Below, piece by piece: positions 49,991 to 58,703 of a stretch of DNA of 64,000 nucleotides. The DNA is from Opitutaceae bacterium. Lineage in GTDB: Bacteria; Verrucomicrobiota; Verrucomicrobiia; Opitutales; Coraliomargaritaceae. The stretch is taken from positions 288,001-352,000 of the forward strand of contig JBPOFY010000001.1 of NCBI GenBank assembly GCA_051252375.1, given 5' to 3'. Under the pieces are notes generated by a model. It worked only from the letters and a program-made list of their open reading frames with translations. It was not told the origin of the DNA and made no database searches. The position numbers and the translations under genes were made by a program. How positions within the stretch are numbered: the first letter of the stretch is position 1; every line of letters starts with the position of its first letter.

Positions 49991-50025
49991 GACCTAACTC
50001 CTTACTTCTAACTTCCACCTTCTTT
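49991..50025. repeat. Pyrimidine-rich heptamer arm before pdhB
   Basis: GACCTAA CTCCTTA CTTCTAA CTTCCAC CTTCTTT. Confidence 0.7.
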
Positions 50026-50030
50026 TTACA

Positions 50031-51008
50031 ATGCCACTCATCACATACCGCGAAGCTATCAAGCAAGCACTCGACGAAGAAATTCAACGCGACGAAAACG
50101 TCTGCATTATGGGCGAAGAAGTCGCTCAATACAACGGCGCCTATAAGGTCACCGAAGGGCTTTGGGACAAGCACGGCGACAAGCGCGTGATTGATACACC
50201 CATCTCCGAGGCAGCCTTCTCCGGCCTCGCTATCGGCGCCTCCATGCTCGGCATTCGCCCAGTCATCGAGATGATGTTCATGTCTTTCAGCTACGTTGCG
50301 ATTGACCAACTCTTCAATAACGCCTCTTTCTGCCGCTACATGTCCGGTGGTCTCATGAACGTGCCAATCGTCGTTCGTGGTCCAGCCAATGGCGGCACCA
50401 ATGTAGGCGCGACCCACTCCCACACTCCGGAAAACATGGTGGCCAACCACCCCGGACTGAAAGTGGTCTGCCCATCCAACGCTTATGACGCCAAAGGCCT
50501 CATGAAAGCCGCCATCCGCGACAACGACCCTGTCTTCGTCATGGAAAACACCCTCCTTTATGGGGAGAAATGGGAAGTCCCCGAAGAAGAATACATCGTC
50601 GAACTCGGCGTCGCCAACATCCTTCAAGAAGGCACCGACCTCACCATCGTGTCACATGGTCGTTGCGCCATGCTCTCGCTCCAGGCAGCGAAGAAACTTA
50701 AAGAAACACACGATCTGAACATCGAAGTGGTTGATCTACGCTCCATCCGTCCACTCGACGAAGAGGCAATCCTCAAGTCCGTGAGAAAGACCGGTCGCGT
50801 CGTTCTCGTGGAAGAGAATAAGCCATACTGTGGCGTCGACGCGCAGATCTCTCACATCATTCAGCTCAAAGCTTTCGATTACCTCGATGCACCCGTTCAC
50901 CGCGTGTCCGGCATCGACGCACCACAAATCTACGCCAAGGAGCTCGAAAACTGGCAGATCCCAAATGAGGAGCGTATCATTGAAATGGTCCTCAAGTGCC
51001 TCAGTTAA
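50031..51008 (+). CDS. pdhB: Pyruvate dehydrogenase E1 beta
   Basis: GEEVAQYNGAYK, DTPISE, GATHSH, DLRSIRPLD. Confidence 0.96.
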   Translation: MPLITYREAIKQALDEEIQRDENVCIMGEEVAQYNGAYKVTEGLWDKHGDKRVIDTPISEAAFSGLAIGASMLGIRPVIEMMFMSFSYVAIDQLFNNASFCRYMSGGLMNVPIVVRGPANGGTNVGATHSHTPENMVANHPGLKVVCPSNAYDAKGLMKAAIRDNDPVFVMENTLLYGEKWEVPEEEYIVELGVANILQEGTDLTIVSHGRCAMLSLQAAKKLKETHDLNIEVVDLRSIRPLDEEAILKSVRKTGRVVLVEENKPYCGVDAQISHIIQLKAFDYLDAPVHRVSGIDAPQIYAKELENWQIPNEERIIEMVLKCLS

Positions 51009-51022
51009 GCTTAGCTTAACTG

Positions 51023-51136
51023 AGATTAGGAATTACGAATTAAGAAAGCAGAAATTAAGCTGATCCTTTGCGTAATTGCCTAAGCCATCCACCTCATCAT
51101 CATTTCTAAATTCTAAATTCTTAACTCTAAATTCTC
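51023..51136. repeat. Inverted heptamer arms (GAATT/AATTC)
   Basis: AGATTAG GAATTAC GAATTAA GAAAGCA GAAATTA ... ATTTCTA AATTCTA AATTCTT AACTCTA AATTCTC. Confidence 0.85.
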
Positions 51137-51141
51137 AAAAT

Positions 51142-52428
51142 ATGGCTACACTCATCGATATGCCCAAACTCAGCGACACCATGACGGTGGGCACGCTGGT
51201 CAAATGGTTAAAAAACGAAGGCGACGTAATCGCCAGCGGCGACATGATTGCCGAGGTCGAAACCGACAAAGCAACGATGGAAGTCGAATGCTTTGACGAC
51301 GGCGTCCTCATCAAGCAATACTGTGGCGTCGGCGATGAAGTCGCAGTCGGCGATCCCATCGCTGCGATCGGTGAAAAGGGCGAAGAAGCGCCAGCCGCGA
51401 AGAGCAGTGCGCCAGCAGCAGCACCAACACCTGAACCGACTCCTGCACCAGCAGCACCCGCGGCCGCTCCAGCAGCGCCCGCACCAGTTGTCGAAGCAGC
51501 ACCTGCTCCAACAACCACAGCAGGTGGTCGCATCAAGGCCTCTCCACTTGCCAAGAAAATTGCTGCCGACAAGGGCATCGATCTTTCCACAATCCAAGGC
51601 TCAGGCCCTGGTGGACGCATTGTCCGTGAAGACGTTGAAAACGCCAAGCCAGGCGCCGCCGCACCAGCGGCAGCCAGCGCTGCGGCTCCAGCAACTCCTG
51701 CAGCTGCACCAGCAGCCACGCTCGAAGCGCTCGAAATCCCCGTCAGCAACATGCGTAAGAGCATTGGCAAGGCGCTCGTAGGCTCCAAGACACAGGCACC
51801 ACACTTCTATCTCCAAATCGAAGTCGACGGCGCGCCACTCGCGAAACTTCGCGCAGAACTCAACGCCAAGCTTTCCGTCCTGCCACCAGAGCACGGCGGC
51901 ACTAAGTTCTCCGTCAACGACCTCACACTCAAAGCAGCTGCTGAAGCCGTGCGCCGCGTCCCTGCGATCAATCGCTCATGGGAAGGTGACACCATCAAGC
52001 AGCATCCAAATGTGCATCTCGCATTCGGTGTCGCGATCGACGACGGCCTCGTCACTCCTGTCATCCGTGCCGCAGAGACCAAGAGTCTTCGTGAAATCGG
52101 TGCAGAAGCCAAAGTCCTCATTAAAAAGGCCCGCGGCAAGAAACTCGCTCCAAACGAAATGAGCGGTTCGACACTCACAGTGACCAACCTCGGCATGTTT
52201 GGCATCTCCGACTTCTACGGCATCATCAACCCGAACAATGCTGCGATCCTCAGCATCGGCGCGACGATCAAGAAGCCAGTCGTCAACGAGAACGACGAAA
52301 TCGTTGTCGGCCAAGTCATGAAGATCGGTCTCTCCGGCGACCACCGCACCATCGATGGCGCAGTCGGCGCACAGTATCTGCAAGCCCTCAAGGAAATCCT
52401 TGAAACGCCTGCCATGATGCTAGTCTAA
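51142..52428 (+). CDS. pdhC: Pyruvate dehydrogenase E2
   Basis: MPKLSDTM, ETDKA lipoyl site, ASPLAKK, DHRTIDG. Confidence 0.96.
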   Translation: MATLIDMPKLSDTMTVGTLVKWLKNEGDVIASGDMIAEVETDKATMEVECFDDGVLIKQYCGVGDEVAVGDPIAAIGEKGEEAPAAKSSAPAAAPTPEPTPAPAAPAAAPAAPAPVVEAAPAPTTTAGGRIKASPLAKKIAADKGIDLSTIQGSGPGGRIVREDVENAKPGAAAPAAASAAAPATPAAAPAATLEALEIPVSNMRKSIGKALVGSKTQAPHFYLQIEVDGAPLAKLRAELNAKLSVLPPEHGGTKFSVNDLTLKAAAEAVRRVPAINRSWEGDTIKQHPNVHLAFGVAIDDGLVTPVIRAAETKSLREIGAEAKVLIKKARGKKLAPNEMSGSTLTVTNLGMFGISDFYGIINPNNAAILSIGATIKKPVVNENDEIVVGQVMKIGLSGDHRTIDGAVGAQYLQALKEILETPAMMLV

Positions 52429-52479
52429 ATGGCTGCGCCATTTAATGGCAAATGATCCATAGCTAATTGCTAATTTAAC

Positions 52480-52509
52480 AAAAGCCCGCGAGTCATCGCG
52501 GGCTTTTTT
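52480..52509 (+). terminator. Intrinsic terminator
   Basis: AAAAGCCCGCGA-GTCA-TCGCGGGCTTTTTT. Confidence 0.88.
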
Positions 52510-52653
52510 GTGTCAAATGATTGTTCCACGACAAATGTTCCACACTCCGAGGAGGCAAAACCAGACACCCTCAAACCCGCTTGTATACTAGGATTGCAAT
52601 GTTCCACACTCATTGTTCCACGGGGTTTTAAGTCACTACAAAATGCCTCAAAA

Positions 52654-52763
52654 GGTAGAGGCGGTCGTCCCGACCGCCATTGCGTTGCATCTAGTCACTG
52701 TAACTCGCTCATGATTCAGTTGAACAGCTCAGACGTATAGCAATGGGGACCATCGCCTCTACC
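52654..52763. repeat. REPIN, GTAG(C/A)GGCG family
   Basis: Inverted homolog of 44407-44501, including part of the spacer. Confidence 0.88.
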
Positions 52764-52862
52764 TTTTGAATCAAGGCCCCAACTCGATCTAATTCTATAA
52801 TTACACCCAAGACTGTCAGACTAAGGTGGACAGCCCGAGATATGCGATTTAGCTAAATAATC

Positions 52863-53141
52863 ATGGAAAAGACCGATCCACTCATCTCCGTTCAAATCTC
52901 TGTTTATTCACTCGATGGCAATATCCGTGAAGCGGTGCATTGCTATCTCGATGCGCTCGACGCTGCAGGGCTCGAACGCGACACTGGCACGATGTCCACT
53001 GTCGTATGGGGCGAAGCCGAAGAACTCTGGTTAGGATTACGCGCTGCCTACGAAGCGGTTTCCTCTAAACATAAAGTCGTGGTCAATGTCGGCATGAGCA
53101 ACATCGCTCCCCTTCCCGCCCGAGCTTCCGGTCGCCGCTAA
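52863..53141 (+). CDS. YkoF/thiamine-binding-like small protein
   Basis: VQISVYSL...GTMSTVVWGE. Confidence 0.75.
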   Translation: MEKTDPLISVQISVYSLDGNIREAVHCYLDALDAAGLERDTGTMSTVVWGEAEELWLGLRAAYEAVSSKHKVVVNVGMSNIAPLPARASGRR

Positions 53142-53175
53142 GCTATTAGTCATTATTCATTCATAATTTTCCTTC

Positions 53176-53766
53176 ATGATCCTCCGCGTTACTCAATACG
53201 GCGAACCCATCCTCCGCAAAGTCGGTGAGCCACTCACAGAATTCGACGACGATCTGGCGCAACTCGCCGACGATATGGTCGATACCATGTATGATGAAGA
53301 CGGCATCGGCTTGGCTGCCCAGCAGGTCAATCTCCCGCTCCAAATCTGTGTGCTCGATGTGCGCCCGCCCGATGGCGCCGAAGTCCCCTTCAACTACAGC
53401 TTCGACGGCAAGCAGCCACCACTCGATTTGATCATGCCTATGGCGATCATCAATCCAAAGGTCACCATCACCGACAAGACCGAAGATGTTTACGAAGAAG
53501 GCTGCCTCTCTTTTCCTGGAGTGAATGGCAAAGTCACACGACCCAATGGTGTGCGCTGCGAATTTCAAGATACCGAGGGCAACCCGCACGTCCTGGAAGC
53601 CGACGGCCTACTTGGTCGCTGCATCCTGCACGAAGTCGACCACCTAAACGGCGTGCTCTTCATCGACACTATGGACAAGCGCGACGTCAAGAAACACGAA
53701 GCGAAGATCAAAAAACTTAAACGCGCCAGCCGCGACTTCCTGAAAGCCAATAAGAAGAAGCCCTAG
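53176..53766 (+). CDS. def: Peptide deformylase
   Basis: GIGLAAQQV, EGCLS, HEVDHLNG. Confidence 0.96.
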   Translation: MILRVTQYGEPILRKVGEPLTEFDDDLAQLADDMVDTMYDEDGIGLAAQQVNLPLQICVLDVRPPDGAEVPFNYSFDGKQPPLDLIMPMAIINPKVTITDKTEDVYEEGCLSFPGVNGKVTRPNGVRCEFQDTEGNPHVLEADGLLGRCILHEVDHLNGVLFIDTMDKRDVKKHEAKIKKLKRASRDFLKANKKKP

Positions 53767-53778
53767 AAGCTGCTTCAA

Positions 53779-54444
53779 TCACTTCTCAAAGGATCTCGGT
53801 CTGCGCGCGCGTGGCACATCTCTCGCATCAAAGTGCAGGATATATTTCTGCTCAAAGTATGGATCACTGAAGGTTTCTTCTAGATTGATCGTCTTGCGGG
53901 GGCGAATGCCGAGCGCAGTCAGCTCGTCGTCTAGCTCGCCGCCCTTCCAGTAAAGCACGCCATTGGGAATCGTGTTTTTCTCACCACGACGGATGTTGCT
54001 CTTAATCCAACTGAAATACTCCGGCAAATTTTTCACTGCGCGCCCGGTGACAAAGTCGAACTGCTTATTAATCGATTCGGCACGACAGTGTTTCGCTTCG
54101 ACGTTTTTCAAGCCAAGCTTATCGACTAGGTCTTGAACGACGGTGATCTTCTTACCAATCGAATCAATCAGGGTGAAATGCGCCTGTGGGTAGCAAATCG
54201 CCATAATGATACCTGGAAAGCCTCCACCAGTGCCGACATCCATCACACGTGTGCCGTTCATCAACTTGAGGTGATTCGTAATCGCAAGACAGTGCGAGAG
54301 GTGTCGCTGCTCCAAGTGCTCGATATCCTTGCGTGAGATCAAATTGATCTTTTCGTTCCACTCGCGCAGGAGCACCGCCCATTTTTCAAGGACAGTCCAT
54401 GTTTCGTCGGAGACATTGGGGAATTGAGAACGAATCGATTGCAT
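53779..54444 (-). CDS. rsmG: 16S rRNA m7G527 methyltransferase
   Basis: [26 protein letters not shown]. Confidence 0.93.
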   Translation of the reverse strand: MQSIRSQFPNVSDETWTVLEKWAVLLREWNEKINLISRKDIEHLEQRHLSHCLAITNHLKLMNGTRVMDVGTGGGFPGIIMAICYPQAHFTLIDSIGKKITVVQDLVDKLGLKNVEAKHCRAESINKQFDFVTGRAVKNLPEYFSWIKSNIRRGEKNTIPNGVLYWKGGELDDELTALGIRPRKTINLEETFSDPYFEQKYILHFDARDVPRARRPRSFEK

Positions 54445-54494
54445 CACATCATCGAAACAACCACATCGACATTGGCGAGACTGGAAGTCTAAAA

Positions 54495-56138
54495 CTATTT
54501 CTTTGAAGCCTCTTTAGGCTGAGCTTCCGCATCTGCGGTCTTCCGTTTTGCTTCTGCAGCTAGAAACGCAGACATCTCCTGTGCAACTGCTCGTTCAATC
54601 GCTCCCTTTGCCTGGGGCGTCTCTAATAATCTTCGAGTGCTTAATCCCATGCCACCCATATATCTAGAGTCCTCGGAAGAACTATATTCTTTTTGCGGGA
54701 CTTCCGCCACGCGTTTTTGATCTGCCAGTAGCTCCTCTGCCTGGTTTTCAATCAAGTTAATCACAGCAGCTTGAGCTGCTTCATAAGGCCCATAGATACC
54801 CTTAATCTTTAAGGTCGAGTTATAACTGGCAAGCGCCTGCGATAACTGTCCTGTCTTCTCTAGGCGCTCCGCGTAAACAAAGGTTTCTATGGCTCGTATA
54901 TCATTATCTAGACTAGGTAACGCAGCCCGTGAATTTCTATAAGCAATTTTTACTACTTTTAAAAACTGCCACAACTCTGGCCAATCGCCCTCTTTCAACA
55001 TTTTTTCCGCTGACTGTTCCACGAAAGCTTCTAGCGATAGGTCCGCCGAAAATTTTGCACGATACTCTGCCGGCATTGATTGCTCGAGTGCACGCATTAG
55101 AATATCATTCTTCACTTCCGCGATCCATTCTTTTGACCGACCCGATGAGTTAGTATAATCGACTAAGCTCAGTGCAATTAATGGGTTGTCTTCTTCGATC
55201 AAGCGTATCGCCGAATCAAAACGCTTCATATTTGTAAGCTGACTGTCCGCTTCGTTCTTGGTATCTCGAAATTGAGTTAATTCTTCCAATTTCGCTTCAG
55301 CGATTTTCATGTCTTCAATCGTCCTAATATTTTCCACGACAGACTCCACGGTAAAAGGTGGCGAAGGCATCGCTGTCGAACCAGTTGCTTGAGCTCGTTT
55401 TGCGGCTTCGACCCCTAACTTCAATTCATTTTGTAACTGCAAGACAGCCGAGCGAGGCACAACCGGAGTCGTTGTCAGTGCTCGATTCAAATTACGTAAG
55501 AATGACTCCGCGGACTTCTTATCCCCAACTGTAAGTGCATTCAGGTAGTCCTGCCATCCGGATACAATTTGCGTTAGATTATTGGTGGTGCTGGAATAAC
55601 TATTGTTATTGTATGACCTCAACGCATTAGCTCGGACCTTTAGCGCTTCGACTTCAGCATAATAGACATCCAGATCCGCAGGGTCTTTTGCTTTCAATAA
55701 GTTTGCTCCCAGCTTTGCAGTGAATGCCGCAAGTTCCGCCTCGAAATCCATGTATTCCGACTTTTTCTCTGCTTCTACCGACTCGATTAACTCGAGATAA
55801 TGTTTAGAACAATCTCCCGTCAAAGCGGTTTGAATGTAATTTGTTCGAGACAGGCTACTTGAAAGATTCGCCCACTGCTCTTGCTGTATGATTGGCTTGA
55901 ACGCGCGAATGGTCGTTAATCCACGCTCAAAGCCCGCCATCGTTGTTTGAATCGCACGATAAGCCGTTTCATCGCTGCTCTGATCGATTGCATCCAACTG
56001 ACCCGCGGCTAACTTCTGCTCTTTCTCCAGACATGTGATGATCGTATCAACGATTTCCATCGGGCTCTGCTTTTTTGCCGCTTCAAGACTACTGCAGATT
56101 AAAATAGGGATGAGACATAGAAGAATAAACTGTTTCAT
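54495..56138 (-). CDS. Hypothetical exported alpha-helical protein
   Basis: 547-aa ORF with signal peptide; no recognised motif. Confidence 0.7.
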   Translation of the reverse strand: MKQFILLCLIPILICSSLEAAKKQSPMEIVDTIITCLEKEQKLAAGQLDAIDQSSDETAYRAIQTTMAGFERGLTTIRAFKPIIQQEQWANLSSSLSRTNYIQTALTGDCSKHYLELIESVEAEKKSEYMDFEAELAAFTAKLGANLLKAKDPADLDVYYAEVEALKVRANALRSYNNNSYSSTTNNLTQIVSGWQDYLNALTVGDKKSAESFLRNLNRALTTTPVVPRSAVLQLQNELKLGVEAAKRAQATGSTAMPSPPFTVESVVENIRTIEDMKIAEAKLEELTQFRDTKNEADSQLTNMKRFDSAIRLIEEDNPLIALSLVDYTNSSGRSKEWIAEVKNDILMRALEQSMPAEYRAKFSADLSLEAFVEQSAEKMLKEGDWPELWQFLKVVKIAYRNSRAALPSLDNDIRAIETFVYAERLEKTGQLSQALASYNSTLKIKGIYGPYEAAQAAVINLIENQAEELLADQKRVAEVPQKEYSSSEDSRYMGGMGLSTRRLLETPQAKGAIERAVAQEMSAFLAAEAKRKTADAEAQPKEASKK

Positions 56139-56256
56139 ATTTTGCTGGGGTTAAAAAACCTAACGTAAACAATATTCAACCAAGGTAAAGATATCATTCT
56201 TGCTGTCCTTAATGTCTGATTGACCAAAAACTAGAAAACGTAGAGATACTCACCGT

Positions 56257-57315
56257 ATGCGACTAATTCGTTGTCTGACTCTCATAACATTAATCACTGC
56301 AAATACAGGATTGAGCCAATTGCCTGACACCACACGGTGGATCATACAATGGGACAACGACCTGCTGTCCGGCTCTGACCGCGACTATACGAACGGTGCG
56401 CGGGTGGCGTTCGTCCAAGATTTGGATCCTAACCAAAAGACGCATAATTTTCTGCAGAAATCCCTCTATCGGCTTACTGGCGCGGCGGGTGGCGGCTTGC
56501 TGGATGACTACCGTTTCAACGACGTAGGCTCGACTCGATTCTCGTGGGGAGTCGGTGTCACCCAATTAATGTTCACTCCGGATGACTTCACCACCTCCGC
56601 TGCCCCCCAGGGAGAGCGCCCCTATGCGGGATGGGCAGGCCTGGAGTTCTCGCTGCATGTGAAGAACGACCATTCTGCAAGCAGCGTCACACTGGCGCTT
56701 GGGACAACCGGTCCGAATAGTTACGCAGGCGACTCCCAGACTTGGGTGCATGAGAATCTCTCCGGTAGCCCGCTCTATCAAGGTTGGGACAGCCAAGTGC
56801 CAGGTGAACTGACGGCGAACCTACACTTCGACCACAAGCGGCGGATCGATTGGTTGGACCGCTCGATTGACTGGCCGATCGAGCTCGATGGCTACACCGA
56901 ATGGGGCGCGGCCTTGGGCAACTTTCGAACCGATGCCTATCTCGGCGGACTGGTTCGTGCGGGCTATAACCTACCAGCAAGCTATGCGACCCCACGCGTG
57001 CAGATCGGCAGCTACGGGCACGCGGTCTTCGCAGATGCACAGGATGACGACGATCCATTTTCAATTTTTGGCTTTGCGGGGGCTCGAGGTTCAGCGGTTT
57101 TGCACGACATCACCTTGGATGGACCCGTCTTTCGCGATTTCGATACTGGCGTCGACCGCGAACCCTTTGTTGGAGAATTACTGGTCGGAGTCGGCATAAG
57201 CTGGGGCAACATCGACCTCAGTCTTTCGCAGACCCTACGAACAGACGAATTCAAAGGACAGGATAAGAACCAAATCTACGGCTCGGTTATGCTACGAGCC
57301 CAGTGGCCATTTTAA
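56257..57315 (+). CDS. LpxR-family lipid A deacylase (DUF2219)
   Basis: WDNDLL..SDRDYTNG, QLMFTP, ERPYAGW, GWDSQ. Confidence 0.88.
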   Translation: MRLIRCLTLITLITANTGLSQLPDTTRWIIQWDNDLLSGSDRDYTNGARVAFVQDLDPNQKTHNFLQKSLYRLTGAAGGGLLDDYRFNDVGSTRFSWGVGVTQLMFTPDDFTTSAAPQGERPYAGWAGLEFSLHVKNDHSASSVTLALGTTGPNSYAGDSQTWVHENLSGSPLYQGWDSQVPGELTANLHFDHKRRIDWLDRSIDWPIELDGYTEWGAALGNFRTDAYLGGLVRAGYNLPASYATPRVQIGSYGHAVFADAQDDDDPFSIFGFAGARGSAVLHDITLDGPVFRDFDTGVDREPFVGELLVGVGISWGNIDLSLSQTLRTDEFKGQDKNQIYGSVMLRAQWPF

Positions 57316-57349
57316 CCCGAATTATGCAAACGAGTTTGAGTAGCCACAA

Positions 57350-57377
57350 AAAAGCCCGCGATCACTCGCGGGCTTTT
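57350..57377. terminator. Bidirectional intrinsic terminator
   Basis: AAAAGCCCGCGA-TCAC-TCGCGGGCTTTT. Confidence 0.85.
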
Positions 57378-57397
57378 AAAATTGTTTAGCTGTTTGC

Positions 57398-57634
57398 TTA
57401 TTCAGCACCGTCGTCGCCAATGGCTTCGACTGGACAGCCTTCGAGCGCTTCCATGCAGAGCTCTGCACCTTCAGCGGAATCAGGCTGCTTATGCACGAAG
57501 GAATAACCTCCGTCTTCGTTACGAGTAAAGAAATCCGGAGCAGTCTCACGGCAAAGGTCGCAGTCGATGCATTGTTCATCGACATAGAATTTGCCATTTA
57601 CGTTTTCCGGCCATTTTTCATCTTTTTCTGCCAT
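57398..57634 (-). CDS. Ferredoxin
   Basis: CIDCDLC...CPVEAIG. Confidence 0.92.
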   Translation of the reverse strand: MAEKDEKWPENVNGKFYVDEQCIDCDLCRETAPDFFTRNEDGGYSFVHKQPDSAEGAELCMEALEGCPVEAIGDDGAE

Positions 57635-57777
57635 ATCCCGCAAAATCTCAAATTTCGTCTAAGAGTCAAGCAGAACGAAGGCAGAAACTCTTTTGTCTGC
57701 ACGCTTGCGGAGCAAGGAACACCCGCTCATCTTCGAGGTCTTGTAGATATTCTGCCCATTATATTTAGATAGTATCC

Positions 57778-58701
57778 ATGTTGTATGACCGCCCGTATAT
57801 GCGTCAGCCCGCTGAGCCTGCCGCCAAAAGCACTAGTATCGTAATGATTTTGATCATCGCGACCGTCGCGGTGTTTGTGCTCCAGAACATGCTCAACATG
57901 ATGTTTCCCGGATTTCAGGGTAGTAGTAATCGTTTTATGGGCGATTGGTTCGCCTTAAGCGGGCAAAACTTCAAAGAGCTTAAGGCTTGGACCGTGTTGA
58001 GCTATGGCTTCCTACATAGCACCAATGGAATCATCCATATCGTGGGCAATATGCTGGGGCTCTTCTTTATCGGTCGGATGATAGAATCCGTTCTAGGTAA
58101 AAACCAGTTCCTCATCCTTTACCTCGGCGGCACCTTATTCGGCGGTCTGGTCTTCTTACTCTTTCACTACAATAGCCTCAATTCGGTGATCGGTGCATCT
58201 GGAGCCGTGCTGGCCGTGGTAACTTTTTTCTGCCTACTCAAACCCGAGCAACCAATCACCCTACTGCTCTTCTTTGTCCTCCCAGTCACGGTAAAGCCGA
58301 AGTGGATCTTTTGGGCCAGCCTCGGACTTTCTGTATTTGGCCTGATCTTCGACGAGTTGCCAGCGATACGTGATCCTTACACACACACAATGGTGGTGGC
58401 CCACAGCGCACACTTAGGCGGGATCATTGCCGGCATTATCTATTTCCGCTTTGTTTATAATGGCTCTTTCACTTTCTTTCAAGGCAAGCAACGCAAGCCT
58501 GCGGTCGAACTGCCCGAATGGTTTAAGCGCAAACAAAAGATCGAACCTCAAGTCACCTATAAAGTAAACCGCTCGAATCGCGATGCCCTACAAAGTGAAG
58601 TCGATCGCATTCTGGATAAAATTAACGCTACCGGCTTCGGCTCACTCACACCCGAAGAAAAAACCACTCTAGACCAAGCTAAAGACATTCTTAGTAAATA
58701 A
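57778..58701 (+). CDS. Rhomboid intramembrane protease with C-terminal DUF6576-like tail
   Basis: [24 protein letters not shown]...G..SLT. Confidence 0.92.
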   Translation: MLYDRPYMRQPAEPAAKSTSIVMILIIATVAVFVLQNMLNMMFPGFQGSSNRFMGDWFALSGQNFKELKAWTVLSYGFLHSTNGIIHIVGNMLGLFFIGRMIESVLGKNQFLILYLGGTLFGGLVFLLFHYNSLNSVIGASGAVLAVVTFFCLLKPEQPITLLLFFVLPVTVKPKWIFWASLGLSVFGLIFDELPAIRDPYTHTMVVAHSAHLGGIIAGIIYFRFVYNGSFTFFQGKQRKPAVELPEWFKRKQKIEPQVTYKVNRSNRDALQSEVDRILDKINATGFGSLTPEEKTTLDQAKDILSK

Positions 58702-58703
58702 CC

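Noticed and set aside
51385..51720. GCACCAGCA-type repeats in pdhC
   Set aside because: Codon-period repeats of the ordinary Ala/Pro E2 linkers.
52764..52862. TPP riboswitch before the YkoF-like gene; cobalamin riboswitch before the TonB receptor (33961-34098)
   Set aside because: Core conserved motifs not found in either leader.
52480..57377. Identical stems at 52480 and 57350 as a mobile repeat
   Set aside because: Both are adequately explained as intrinsic terminators.
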